This document shows, piece after piece, positions 51,440 to 63,787 of a DNA stretch of 64,000 nt. Position numbers and translations under genes: made by a program. Under the pieces are notes generated by a model that was given only the letters and a program-made list of their open reading frames with translations, did no database searches and was not told the DNA's origin. This DNA is from Basidiobolus meristosporus CBS 931.73 (Eukaryota > Fungi > Basidiobolomycota), in assembly GCA_002104905.1 (NCBI GenBank), contig MCFE01000055.1, positions 131,569-195,568 on the forward strand. Direction: 5' to 3'. Each line of letters begins with the position of its first letter. Position 1 is the stretch's first letter.

Positions 51440-52567
51440 GCTAAGTGATATATGTACTTTCTATAGGTGTGTTGAAGGCAGATACTACCGAGTACTGTTT
51501 GTGCCCAACCGGCCTTTTATAGCTGCCTTATGTTAGTGCTGAGAGTAATAATCTCTGTATAGTATAATGAGTTGGGTATTTTTCATACCCCCTTCCCTTT
51601 TCTAGTCATATTTCTTCATAGCTCCTCACTATTTAGGTGTGAGCTGAACGTATACAGAGCAGTATATCACGATCTTTTGTTGCAACCTTATTCTAACAAA
51701 CGAGGCTAACGTAAACCTGGAATAATTGCATATACTCCTGAGACGATATATTCAGATGAGCAGAGATGGATTTAACAAATCGATTATCTCCTGAGCATCG
51801 CGAATCGTTTGGTTTCATCTGGGTGAGTTATCCTTGAAAGTATTACACACTGAACAGTCATATAAAAGGATACATTGCAAGGCAATGATATTAGCACACC
51901 TACAATAATGCATGCCCCGCCTCTTGGCTTTACTTTTGGTAAATTGGCCGATTGGCTTAATGCTCGCCAATTATTCAACCAGCGTAAGCAGGACTACGCT
52001 CTCCTATCTCTCAAGATTCGTGTGTAACTCCACCACCATTGGAGGCATTTGCATGAAATGATATCAATCCGTACCCTGATTAGTGGGTTTCCCCATCATT
52101 GCTCACTGTACAATGAAGATGAAAACTCTATTCTCTTCGAAACAAGGGATGGTTTAATGATCCACCGCCTGTTAATCTAACCATCGTGTATCTAACGAAT
52201 AATGTCCTCCTGATGGGACGCGTATAGGCCACACTATCCCATACCCCAGGCCGTTAGGCTTATGCTCTGCATAAAATAAAATGTCTCAGCCGTGACGCAC
52301 CACTTACTTATACCGCAGGGAGGGCGCAAATCATACGCGAACTCAACATTCCTGAGCACATATTGAGCCTATGAATCCCTCATGACATACAGTCTCCTGG
52401 TATTGTTGGATAAATCAGCCAGCTCCCGATTAGTATAGATTGCAACACAAAACCACAGCTTAGTATCTGACAGTGGAGAAAGTCTGTTTGGCTTAGAAAA
52501 CCATGGTGTCAATTTAGGGTTGAACAGGATAAGCGAACCATGTTAACTTTAATTTGGAACGAACTAG

Positions 52568-52996
52568 TTATTTCAACAGCATATCCATGGACTCTACTCT
52601 CTGAACGCCCGCCATTGCCTCAACCTCAATCTCCACCACGAGTTGTGGATCGATAAGCCCGGAAACTTCTACCATTGTTGTGGTTGGGAAAATCTCATCC
52701 AATGCCTCTTTATGGGCCTTCGCCACCTTTTCCCAATTGTCTTTGATATTGACGACAAACATCCGGACACGGTACACATCTTTCAAGCTGGCTCCTAGGC
52801 TCCTTAATGCCAGTTCTGCAGTCTGGAAAATACGGAGTGTTTGGTGATAGGCATCGTTAGGATGAACAATCGCTCCGGTCTCTGGATCGGTAGATGTGGT
52901 TCCAGTAACTATAATCTGATCCCCCATGCGGATTGCCCGTGAGTAGCCAACCTTATGCTCCCAAGGACTATTACTTTTAAGGTTTGTCCGAATCAT
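52568..52996 (-). CDS. RidA/YjgF/YER057c/UK114 family protein, Rid6-like, intronless
   Basis: SPWEHKVGYSRAIRMGDQIIVTGTT, GASLKDVYRVRMFV, PTTTMVEV..LIDPQLVVEIEVEA; lacks the catalytic Arg of true RidA. Confidence 0.85.
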   Translation of the reverse strand: MIRTNLKSNSPWEHKVGYSRAIRMGDQIIVTGTTSTDPETGAIVHPNDAYHQTLRIFQTAELALRSLGASLKDVYRVRMFVVNIKDNWEKVAKAHKEALDEIFPTTTMVEVSGLIDPQLVVEIEVEAMAGVQRVESMDMLLK

Positions 52997-53323
52997 AAGG
53001 AACGCGGTTGAATCACCAGGAGCTTTATATGAGAGATCGCATCATTGTGACTCAGAGTCGTGAGAAACCGTTTGTTGCCATTTGCCACCTAGTTTCTGAA
53101 CACATGTTACGAGAATTGCCACGCACTTGGCTGTACCCTCCAGATGATCGCTGAGATTGCATAAAATCGGGTATAGCCTTTTCAATCGCTATGATATCAT
53201 TTTTTCTGGAAAATCTCGTCTGGTCGCCCGCAGCAATGGCCGGAATTTGATTCATTGAAAATTTAGCATTTACCTTGTGAAGTTGTACATCTTCGTGGAA
53301 TACCAATCCAGCAAGCCAAAGAT

Positions 53324-56300
53324 ATGTTCTTGCATTTAAGACATTGTGGTCGAACAAGACCAGCAACACTGCTGAAAGGTGGAATTACAGGCGGACTGAG
53401 TAAAAGAACTGTACTCCCCTCTATTACTAAACTCCAACAAAAGCAATATTCAACTGTTCTTGAGAGTGATTGTGGGTCTTTGTGTAATGGTCTCCCTTCT
53501 CGATAGACTATTAATCGACTATTTCTTGTTTGCGAATAGCGGCATTTGCTCCAGGCCAGGTTATTCATGGGTTTAAAGTAGAAGAGGTTAGTCGCTGTTG
53601 TGGTGCTGGTTTTACCCGTTGTGCCATTCTAAATGTAGAGTTCTCTTTTCGTGTCTAGGTTAGGGACGTCAAGGAGTTCAACTTGACCGCTATCAAACTT
53701 AAGCATGAGAAAACTGGAGCAGAGTATCTGCACCTTGCCCGTGACGATAGCAATAATGTCTTTAGGTAGGCTCCATTTGCAACAAGAGATTGCCAATTTA
53801 CTTACCATAACTATTACCAGTGTTGGATTTTCCACCGCTCCGAGCGATAACACCGGAATCACACACATTTTGGTAGGTGATCTATTGCAAAATCCATGTA
53901 CACATGATTTCTAACCGATTCGCAGGAACATACCACTTTGTGCGGTTCGGAAAAATTCCCAGTTAGAGACCCATTTTTCAAGATGCTCAACCGTTCCATG
54001 TCAACCTTCATGAACGCTTGGACTGGTATGGGGCTATTTGGTAGTCGTGACAGTGCGCATCTTTAGGTCTAACATCAAAGATTCCTGTGTCAAATAGCTA
54101 GCGATTATACTCAATATCCATTCGCTACGCAGAATCCTGCGGACTATGCTAACCTTCGTGATGTTTACATGGATGCCGTATTCGCTCCCAAGTTACGCAA
54201 GTTGGATTTCCTTCAGGAGGGTTGGCGTATTGAAAATGAAGACTTGAGCAGTATGTACAAGTCATAAGAATGAGGTTATGTACTTACTAAACACGTAGCT
54301 ATTGTATAATTTAGATGCTAGTTCACCACTAATCTTCAAAGGTGTCGTGTATAATGAGATGAAGGGATCGCTGGTATGTTGAATTTCCTTCATGCATCCC
54401 TTGTATTCGCTATTTAAGCGTAGGCTTCGTAGTCGGATTCTGGCACTCTCTTCTACCATCGCTCTCAACAAAACATGTTCCCTGGCACCACTTATGGGTA
54501 TGTCAGTGGGGGTGATCCGCAATATATTACAGATCTTACCCATGAAGATCTTGTTCATTTCCATCACACTCATTACCATCCAACCAACGCGAAGTTTTTC
54601 TCCTATGGTATGCTTTTGCTCGCTTGATATCTATTGGCTTGATTATCTAAGTACCTTTCTGCAGGTAACTTCCCACTGAAGAACCAACTTGAGTCTGTAG
54701 ACGAAAAGATTAGCAAATTTGAGCCCATCAAGATTCAGGACCCTAACAAAATTGTTACTCCTTTTACGTCTCCCAAGAAAGTTGTTGCCAACGGGCCTTT
54801 TGATTCATGTAAGTTTCCATGTACGTAATGATTGCTCGCTAAATATAATTATTAACATTTTATTTCAGTAGGAAATCCGGAGAAACAGACAAAGATGTCT
54901 GTTTCTTATTTGACTAATGATTCGACAGTATGTGTTCAGAAATTTCGAAATCCTAATCTTCTGACTAACGAATATGGTGTAATTCTCTAATAGGATGTAT
55001 TCGAATCATTCAGCATGAACATTTTATCTGGATTGCTCTTAGATGGACCAGCTTCGCCTATGTATAAAGCTCTCATCGACTCTAACCTTGGTTCTGAGTA
55101 CTCGTCCAACACCGGATATAATACATCTACCAGGTATATTGCTTAATCACTTAGTTAATAAGGTTATACTTACATGCATCTATTTGTAGAACAAGCTCCT
55201 TCAGTGTGGGGCTACAGGGAATTGGATCAAATGACGTTGATCTGGTATGCACATGATATAATTAGGCCTAATTTGCAGTATTAATCGTTATTTATTTCTC
55301 TAGGTTGGGAATACTATTCAGCAAGTCTTGGAAAAAGCGCATCAAGAAGGGTTCAGCAAACGCAGGATTGATACCATTGTCCATCCGATTGAGTTGGCTA
55401 ACAAACATGTGCGTAATCTAACGCATTTATATTCTTTAATCTTAAATCAATCTAATTATGTTCAAATAGAAAACTGCCAACTTTGGCCTGACCATTATGC
55501 AAGCTGTTTCATCAAGTTGGTTCCATGGCAACAACCCTATTGATTTGTTGGAGCTAGACCAGGTACGTTTATACTTTATTTGAGCAGCAAGGGAATATAC
55601 TGACCGGTATATTATATCAGAATCTTAAGCGAATCAAGGAGGAGGCTCCCCAAAAGGGGTTCTTTGAATCCAGAATCGAGAAATACTTCCTTAACAATCC
55701 TCACAAGCTCACATTTGTTATGGAACCCGATAATAAGTACAATGAACAGCTGCTTGAAAATGAATCTGTGCGCTTGAGCAAAATCACATCCAAGCTCAAT
55801 GATTCTGATAAGCAACATATCTTCCAACGAGGACTCGATTTACGTGCCAGTCAAGAAGCCGTTGAAGGTTGGTTGAAAACTAGTCAAATATGGTGTTCTT
55901 ATTAACTGACGAGTATTTTGATGAAGATATTTCGTGCCTCCCATCCTTGACTCTCGCTGATATCCCATTGAAGGGTGAAAGAACTGCTTTGGACCATAGC
56001 GCAATTGACGAAGTTCCTGTACAATGGCGTTCCACGTCCACTAATGGAATCTCGTACTTGCGTGCTATCAGTACCCTGCGCGACTTGCCTGAAGAATTGA
56101 AGATCTACTTGCCACTCTTCTGTGATGTCGGTATATTAATGTGTGATACTTTAAACTATTTGCTAAATCCTCGTTATATAGTCATTGACCTTCTTGGGTA
56201 CCAAGACCAAGACTATGGCCGAAATCGATGAAGAGATTCGTCTTTATACTGGTGGAATTTCATTTTCTCATTTCCTTTCCCCTAATCATTCAGGTAGGCC

Positions 56301-57828
56301 ATCTCCCTCAATTTTGCTCGAAATTAGGTATCTAACTGCTCTATGCAGATGTCGACCAATTTGAGGAAGGCGTATCTTTCTCATCTCATGCTCTTGATGC
56401 AAACACCCCTCAGATGTATGACATGATTTTGAGCCTCATTAAGGAAACCAACTTCGAGAATGTCGACCGTCTCAAGACCTTGATTCTGAGCGTATGTACC
56501 ATATCACTTGAGCATTATAGAAATCTGCTCGATTAACGTACCTATTTCCAGAATTCATCTTCTCTCTTGAACTCTATTCCTGATTCCGGTCACGTCTTCG
56601 CAAGAGGCTTTGCTTCCTCTTCTCTCAGTCCAGCAATGGTATGGATAACGAGAATTGTCTTTTGTGCTAGCCTTTCTAATGCCGCTTTTAGAAAATGTCC
56701 GAAATCTCGGGCGGCTTAACCCAAGTTGAGTTGGCAAGCAACCTTGCAAAGAATTTGGACAACATCAATGATGTTGTAGAAAAGCTTAAGGTTTAACATT
56801 AACATACAGTGTCACTTTTGCCTTGCTCGCGATTAACTAACCGATTCCATTAGGCAATCCAATCTTTCGTCTTCAACAAGTCTTCCCTTCGCGTGGCGGT
56901 AAATGCTACAGAGGAAGCTTTGGCCAACAACCAAAAATACTTGAAGCCCTTCCTAAACGGTCTTGCATCCAATTCGCCCACTGCTGCCTCAGAAACTGCA
57001 GTAAGCATGCTTGAAGCTTTGCTCTACCGGCTGTTGTAATAACTCGTCGTTTTTCAGTCTACCTTTAGTCCAGAATACCGCAAATCGTTTATTCCACTTC
57101 CTTTCAGCACCAATTTTGCTGCCAAGTGCCTCAAGACCGTTCCATACACTCATGAGGATAGTGCTAAGCTAACCGTAAGTGTGACTCGCATTAGATCATA
57201 CCGCACCGTTGCTTAATTTTTCATCTAGATTCTTGGCAACTTGATGACCCATCGCTATTTACACCGGGAAATTCGCGAAAAGAACGGTGCTTATGGTGGT
57301 GGCGCAGGGTATGCTGCCAATACTGGAATCTTCTCGTTCTTCTCTTACAGAGATCCCGCTCCTTTCAAAACAATCGAGACTTATGACAAATCTATTGATT
57401 GGGTGATTGGCCACAAATTTAATGATGAGGTACAAGCCGCCGTTATCTTAGAAAGGAATACCCATCGATTAAACCACCCTATCCTTCTAGGAGTTGACCG
57501 AAGCCAAACTCTCTATTTTTGGAAAACTGGACTCACCTGTCAGTGCCTCACAAGAGGGTATGACCTACTTCACCACCGGACTCTCCGACGACATGAGACA
57601 AAAGTAAGCACATCTTCGGTTTGCAGGGCCGAAACTCTGACTAACGCTTCATTGGATCTTAGGCGCCGCGAAGCCTTACTCAAGGTCACCTCGGACGATG
57701 TTCGACAAGCGGCAGAGAAATACCTGAAGGGACACCTGAACCAATCCTCCATTGCCGTCTTGGGAGAGCCCAACGAATCGATCTCTCAAGATCCCGACTG
57801 GGTGGTCAAGAATCTTGGAACTCATTAG
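53324..57828 (+). CDS. CYM1: Mitochondrial presequence protease (M16C, PITRM1/Cym1), many exons
   Basis: Arg-rich N-terminal presequence, inverted zinc motif [39 protein letters not shown], and [16 protein letters not shown]...SYRDP. Confidence 0.93.
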
Positions 57829-58043
57829 ATGGACCTTTGATAACTCATTTATTATTCGCATCTACCATTGTTCAATCACATGAATTCAATTTCAACCAAC
57901 CAATAAATCTTCTCTTGATGACTCAAACTAACATCGGGCAAGTGGCTTGGGCGTATGTATGTATGGGCCGGCTTGACCTGTAGGCAACATACTTGCTCCT
58001 TCGTGCTTATCCAAGAGTGATCCAAATAGGTGGGTTTCTCCCG

Positions 58044-58900
58044 CACATAATCCACTTGTTTTCCCAATCACTTCCATTATGTACAAGAATCTCACAACAG
58101 ACTGTGCGCCCCAAGCTATAGCTCAGCGGTGTGTCTATTGCTGCTATTACTGTTGTAAAAATCCGTAAATCCACCTAAATATCCACCTAACTTAGTCACT
58201 TAGATCATTACCTCCAAATCCTAGAGAATACTGACCAAATTCCTTGTCGGGCTTTACTTATCTAATTTTCATGTTCTGGGTAAATATTCAAAGTTGTTCA
58301 AACAGCCCCAAACTTTGCACACATGTTCTTGGGACCTTCCTTAACCTATTCTACGTGTTTGTTATGCCAAGACCATGTAAAAGTATAAATACTACTTTTA
58401 CATTGAATAAATCATCAAGTGAAAACCACATAATCTACTTGTTCTCCCAATCACTTCCAATATCTCCAAGACTCTTACAACAATTACTAGTATCCTTTCT
58501 TATGCTGAGAGCTGTATGGAGCCAACTGGAAAGTGGCCCTTGAAATATTCTAAAGTGAAAGGAATGCCCTCATAGCAGTGTAACAGTAGATCTTAAAAAT
58601 CAGAAGAAAGAATAAAGTGATTTTAACTCCATCTGCCCAATTAGCAACAATAAGTAGTAAACTCAATGCTCAAGAGCTAAAAAGCAAAAAACAGGACCTG
58701 AATCCATACTCTATATACAAAAGGGTCTTGGTAGAAGAGTTAAAGTAATCAAGGGTCAGTACAAAGGAGGATGAAAATACATTAATACAAAGTGCTAATC
58801 ACCAAAGGCCACTTTCTAGAGCCTGCAAAAAATAAACCAGCCCTGCTGGTAGATTCAATTGGGTTGAGCCATCGAGATGCCATTGCAACACTGTGAAAAC
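58044..58900 (+). mobile_element. Older decayed copy of the same copia element: LTR 3' end, degenerate PBS and gag remnant
   Basis: 58044-58099 matches the LTR end; gactgtgcgcccc is a mutated PBS; gtgtctattgctgctattac matches the gag start; 58483-58900 aligns with gag (cagaagaaagaa..aagtg, tcaatgctcaagagc, ccctgctggtagat). Confidence 0.8.
58151..58482 (+). mobile_element. Solo LTR with 5-bp target-site duplication, inserted in the older copy's gag start
   Basis: TGTTG...CAACA ends, near-identical to the young LTR, flanked by ATTAC (58146-58150 and 58483-58487). Confidence 0.93.
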
Positions 58901-59139
58901 AACTGCATATTGAAGTTACCATCTTACCTGACTGATGTTAGCAATAATAGGATTGCACCCCAAATATCCAAAAATATCTAGTCAGTACTTTTACTTGAAT
59001 GGCCCATAGGTTTCTGTTGATTGGCTTGCTACCTTTTTTCTCACTTTCTGATCCCAGGTGCTCAATGTTACAAGATTTTAGGGACCATTGGTAGTGATGT
59101 AGTGATCAAGAAGAATTGCCCCTATGTGAAATAATTGTG

Positions 59140-59205
59140 ATAATCCCATCAAAAGATCATCACCTGCAAATCTTAGAGAATTCTGACCAAATTGCCCCAG
59201 AGCAA
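59140..59205 (+). mobile_element. Short diverged LTR fragment
   Basis: agatcatcacctgcaaatcttagagaattctgaccaaatt matches LTR agatcatcaccttcaaatcctagagaatactgaccaaatt. Confidence 0.6.
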
Positions 59206-59390
59206 TCCTGCCTACTGGCAGCCACAATATTGTGCCCAATTGTTCTTAATGACTGCAGATTGCACTGCATACCCTGGCATGGTAAGATGAAACAAGTCTA
59301 TTACTTGGCTGATTACACACACATTAGGGCTGTTTAGCTTTTTAACACCAAAGGTATAGGTCTTTCCATATGCACATTGGTGCTCAGTAT

Positions 59391-59451
59391 TGTTGTAAGA
59401 GTCTTGGAAATATTGGAAGTGATTGGGAGGACAAGTAGATTATGTGGTTTT
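59391..59451 (-). mobile_element. End of an inverted LTR interrupted by the full-length element
   Basis: tgttgtaagagtcttggaaatattggaagtgattgggaggacaagtagattatgtggtttt is the reverse complement of the LTR's last ~60 nt and stops exactly at the 5' LTR. Confidence 0.88.
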
Positions 59452-59801
59452 TGTTGTAAAAATTCGTATTTTCCACCTAAATATTCACCTAACTTAGTCA
59501 CTTAGATCATCACCTTCAAATCCTAGAGAATACTGACCAAATTCCTTGTCGGGATTTACTTAGAATATTTTCACCAAAATACCAGGTACCCAGAACATGA
59601 AAATTCTCAAAGTTGTCCAAACAGCCCCAAACTTTGCACACATGTTCTTGGGACCTTCCTTAACCTATTCTACGTGTTTGTAATGCCAAGACCATGTAAA
59701 AGTATAAATACTACTTTTACATTCAATAAATCATTAAGTGAAAACCACATAATCTACTTGTTCTCCCAATCACTTCCAATATCTCCAAGACTCTTACAAC
59801 A
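59452..59801 (+). repeat. 5' LTR, 350 bp
   Basis: TGTTGTAA...TTACAACA inverted termini; differs from the visible 3' LTR by one substitution and two homopolymer indels. Confidence 0.95.
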
Positions 59802-59813
59802 GGTTATGAGCCC
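59802..59813 (+). promoter_or_regulatory. Primer binding site GGTTATGAGCCC, complementary to the anticodon arm of initiator tRNA-Met (Ty5/copia type)
   Basis: Directly abuts the LTR end (ACA|GGTTATGAGCCC); contains the complement of the CAU anticodon loop rather than a TGG tRNA-3'-end PBS. Confidence 0.85.
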
Positions 59814-59832
59814 CGAGCTGTCACTCTCTGCA

Positions 59833-62800
59833 ATGTCTACTACTGCTATTACTGGAATTTTTCCCTCTGCTGAAAAGTTGGATGGATCTAACTACCAAGT
59901 GTGGAAGGTGAAGATGAAGATGCTGCTGCAAGAAAGAGGCCTTTGGGATATTGTCATGGGAGAAGAATGTCCTCCTAAAAACGTGGGAGAGGAAGCCTTA
60001 AAGTACCAGAAGAAAGAACAAAGTGCCTTCAACTGCATTTGCCTTAATGTCAAGGACAAATTGCTAATTCAATGCTCAAGAGCAAAAACGGCAAAGAATG
60101 CCTGGAAGGCATTAGAAGACACCTACCAGTCATGTTCAGCTGCCAAGAAAATGTATCTGAGAAGAAAATTCTTTACTACAAAGATGCTGCCAGGAGAAGA
60201 AATGAAAAATCTAATTAACAGAATTACCCTGCTGGTAGATGAGATGGAATCTGTGGGCGTACCAACTACTGATGAGGATGTGATAGTTACCATCCTGAAT
60301 AGCCTGACAGACGAGTTTCAGGGCCTTGTATCAGCCCTAGAGTCCAGAACTGAAGATTTGACCTTAAATTATGTATATGGAAGGCTCCTGGATGAAGAAT
60401 TAAGAAAATCAAGCGCCAATAAGAAGGAAGAAGAAAATGCTTTAATAAGCAATGATAACCAACAAAGGAGGTACCCAAGACCCTACAAAGGCAACAACAA
60501 CCTATTTTGCAACTACTGCAAAAGGAAAGGACACACATCAGACCGGTGTTTCAAAAAGAGAGATTATCAGCAAAAGAAGCCTGAATATGGAAATGCTGCA
60601 ACAACTGAAGATAGACTATTCATATCTGCACTAAATATGACCACAAACAAGGATTCTCAGACGTGGTATATTGACTCTGGAGCTTCTCAACACTTTACAC
60701 ACCAAAAAGAACTTTTTACCCAATATCAAGAAATTCCAATTAAGAAGGTTTTCATGGGTGACGATAGAACACTTGATGCAGTGGGAGAAGGAACTATCCA
60801 AGTAAACCTTAGAAGCAGTGAAGGAAGCCATACACTGACCTTTAAAGAAGTACTCTATGTACCAGAAATAGCCAAGAACCTACTCTCTGTAAGCAAGGCC
60901 ACAGCAGAAGGACTCAGTTTCAGTTTTGACAATTCTGGATGCAGGATCACTGATCAAAATGGTGCCCATATTGCTTCGGGCATCAGAGATCAGAATCTAT
61001 ACAAGTTGACTTATATTCCATCATATCTGGAAGCCAATATAAGTAACTTAAATGAAGAAACACCAATGCTTTGGCACAGGAGATTTGGACACATCAATTT
61101 TGATTATTTGCGTAAAATGATCAAAGATCAGCTAATTTCTGGAGTGAAAATTGATCCCCCAGCTAATTTGGAGCACTGTGAAGCCTGCATATATGGGAAA
61201 CAAGCCAGACAACCGTTCAAGAGCTCTGGGTTAATCAAAACTAAGAAAAAATTAGATCTAATTCACTCAGATCTGTGTGGACCTATGCAAAATTTATCCT
61301 TAGGCGGGATGAAGTATTTAATCACTTTTATTGATGATTATACAAGATACACATGGGTCTACTTCATGGAGAGAAAGGAAGAAGCTCTGTCTAAGCTCAG
61401 GGGTTCAAAGCCATGGTGGAGAGAGAAACTGGTGAAAAAATCAAGAAAATACGCTCTGACAATGGTGGAGAATATACCTCAAAACTCTTCATCCACTTCT
61501 GCAAAATTCATGGGATAAAGCAAGAGACTACTGTACCATACTCCCCACAGCAAAATGGAGTAGCAGAACGAGCTAACAGATCAATAATTGATATGGCAAG
61601 ATCTATGATCCATGATCAAAAATTATCCTATGATTTTTGGGCGGAATCAGTTGCCACTGCTGTATATCTTAAAAATAGGAGTTATAACAGAATACTTCGT
61701 GATTCTACTCCATTTGAAGCATGGTATGGATACAGACCAAGTGCAGAACATCTAAGAATATTTGGGTGTACAGCATATGCCAAAAAACTGGCCGGAAATC
61801 AGTCAAAATTTGAGCCAAAAAGTGTAAAATGCATATTTTTGGGCTACTGCAATGAGAGTAAGGCATACAGACTCTACAATACCGAAGCAAAGAAGCTGAT
61901 CAAGTCCAGGGATGTGTTGTTTGATGAAAATTCAAAATTTTCACAAAAAATGACATCAGATGATGACGAAAATTTGATCTCAAGTCCACCAATTGTCAGG
62001 ATTGAATCAGAGCAAAACAATGAAAATTTTTTCACTCCAGAGGACTCTACAACCGTGGTTCAGCCAGAATCAGTGCCCAGGAATATCCCAGAAGTGATCA
62101 TTCCAGTATCAAATGCCCGGAGATCCAATCGGACAAGAAATAGCCCAAATTACTATATCAATGAGGGTACAAACTTAGCCTATGCCTATTCAGTCCATAT
62201 TGATGAACCCCAGACTGTAAAAGAGGCCCTAAATAGCCCTCAGACAAAGTTTTGGAGATCTGCAATGACTGAGGAATATCAGGCCCTGATGGAAAATCAA
62301 ACTTGGGACTTAGTCAAATTACCAATCAACCAAAAATCAATTGGATGCAGATGGGTCTTCAAGACAAAATACAAGGCTGATGGTACAATTGAAAGATACA
62401 AAGCAAGACTTGTAGCCAAAGGATACTCTCAAACAAAAGGACTTGACTATACTGAGACCTTTGCACCGGTAGCCAAGTTTAATTCCATCAGATTAATATT
62501 GGCTATTGCAGCCAAATATAAGTTTTTTATTCATCAAATGGATGTAAAAACTGCATTTTTGAATGGAGAACTTGATGAGGACGTGTATATGGACCAGCCT
62601 GATGGGTTTGTTGACCAAGATAACCCCCATTTGGTCTGCAAGCTTAAAAAGTCACTATATGGTCTCAAACAATCACCAAGAGCCTGGAATTGCAAGATAG
62701 ATTCTTATTTGGAATCTTTGAGTTTCAAAAGGAGTAATGCTGACTATAGTATATACTATAAGCCAGATAGAGCAAATCCAGTTCTATTAGCTCTATATGT

Positions 62801-63776
62801 GGATGATCTTATTATAGCCGCCAATAACCTAGAAACATTGGAAGAGACTAAATCCAGCCTATCTAAGGAGTTCAAGATGTCCGATCTAGGAGAACTTAGT
62901 TACTACTTAGGGATTAAGTTCTCCATAGACAGAAGTACCCAGACTATTACCCTAAGCCAATCCAAGTATATTCAAGATATACTAAAGAAGTACAAAATGG
63001 AAGACTGTAAACCGGCAGCTACCCCAATGGAGACAAACCTTAACTTGGTCAAAACTCAACCAAATCAAGAGAGCTTGGTGCCATCTGAAAGCCCTGACTT
63101 TCCTTATCAATCTATGGTCGGCAGTCTGATGTATATCATGCTTGGAACACGTCCAGATATCTCATATTCAGTGGGAGTTGTCAGCCAACATAATCAGAAT
63201 TATGGATCTGATCATATTGCAGCAGTTAAGCGGATTTTTAGATACCTAAAAGGAACTGCTGATATCTGCTTAAGATACACTTATAAGGATTCAGAACAGG
63301 ATCTTGTGGGATACTCTGATGCTGATTGGGGACGAAATTTAGAAGACAGAAGATCCACCACAGGATACACCTTTCTTTACTGTAAAGGAGCAATTTCATG
63401 GAATTCAAGAAAGCAACCAACCGTAGCACTTTCTACTACAGAGGCAGAGTATATGGCAGCCTGTGAAGCTACAAAAGAAGCAATGTGGTTAAGAAAGCTC
63501 TTTACAGATTTAGGCCTATGTCAAAAAACGCCTATTACTTTATTTCAAGATAATCAAGGATGTATACAATTAGGTAGAAATCCAACTTTTCATGCTAGAA
63601 CCAAGCACATAGATATTAGACATCATTTCATACGTGAAGCTATAGAGAATAACTTAGTTAGCTTAGTTTACTGTCCTACAGATGAAATGATTGCAGACAT
63701 ATTTACCAAACCATTAGCTAGAGACAAGTTTGAATATCTTAGGTCAAAATTAGGACTAGTCAGTATGAACATTTAG
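59833..63776 (+). CDS. Copia Gag-Pol polyprotein, split by one frameshift at ~61400-61403
   Basis: KLDGSNYQVW, zinc knuckle CNYCKRKGHTSDRC, protease WYIDSGAS, LWHRRFGH, integrase HSDLCGP / RSDNGGEY / NGVAERANR, RT LYVDDL, RNase H GYSDADWG. Confidence 0.93.
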
Positions 63777-63777
63777 C

Positions 63778-63787
63778 TGAGTGGGAG
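63778..63787 (+). promoter_or_regulatory. Polypurine tract
   Basis: Purine-rich GAGTGGGAG immediately upstream of the 3' LTR TGTTG at 63788. Confidence 0.75.

Noticed and set aside
61395-61518. Programmed ribosomal frameshift between the two retrotransposon ORFs
   Set aside because: It lies inside the integrase core rather than at the gag-pol boundary, has no slippery heptamer, and a one-base restoration gives the usual copia consensus.
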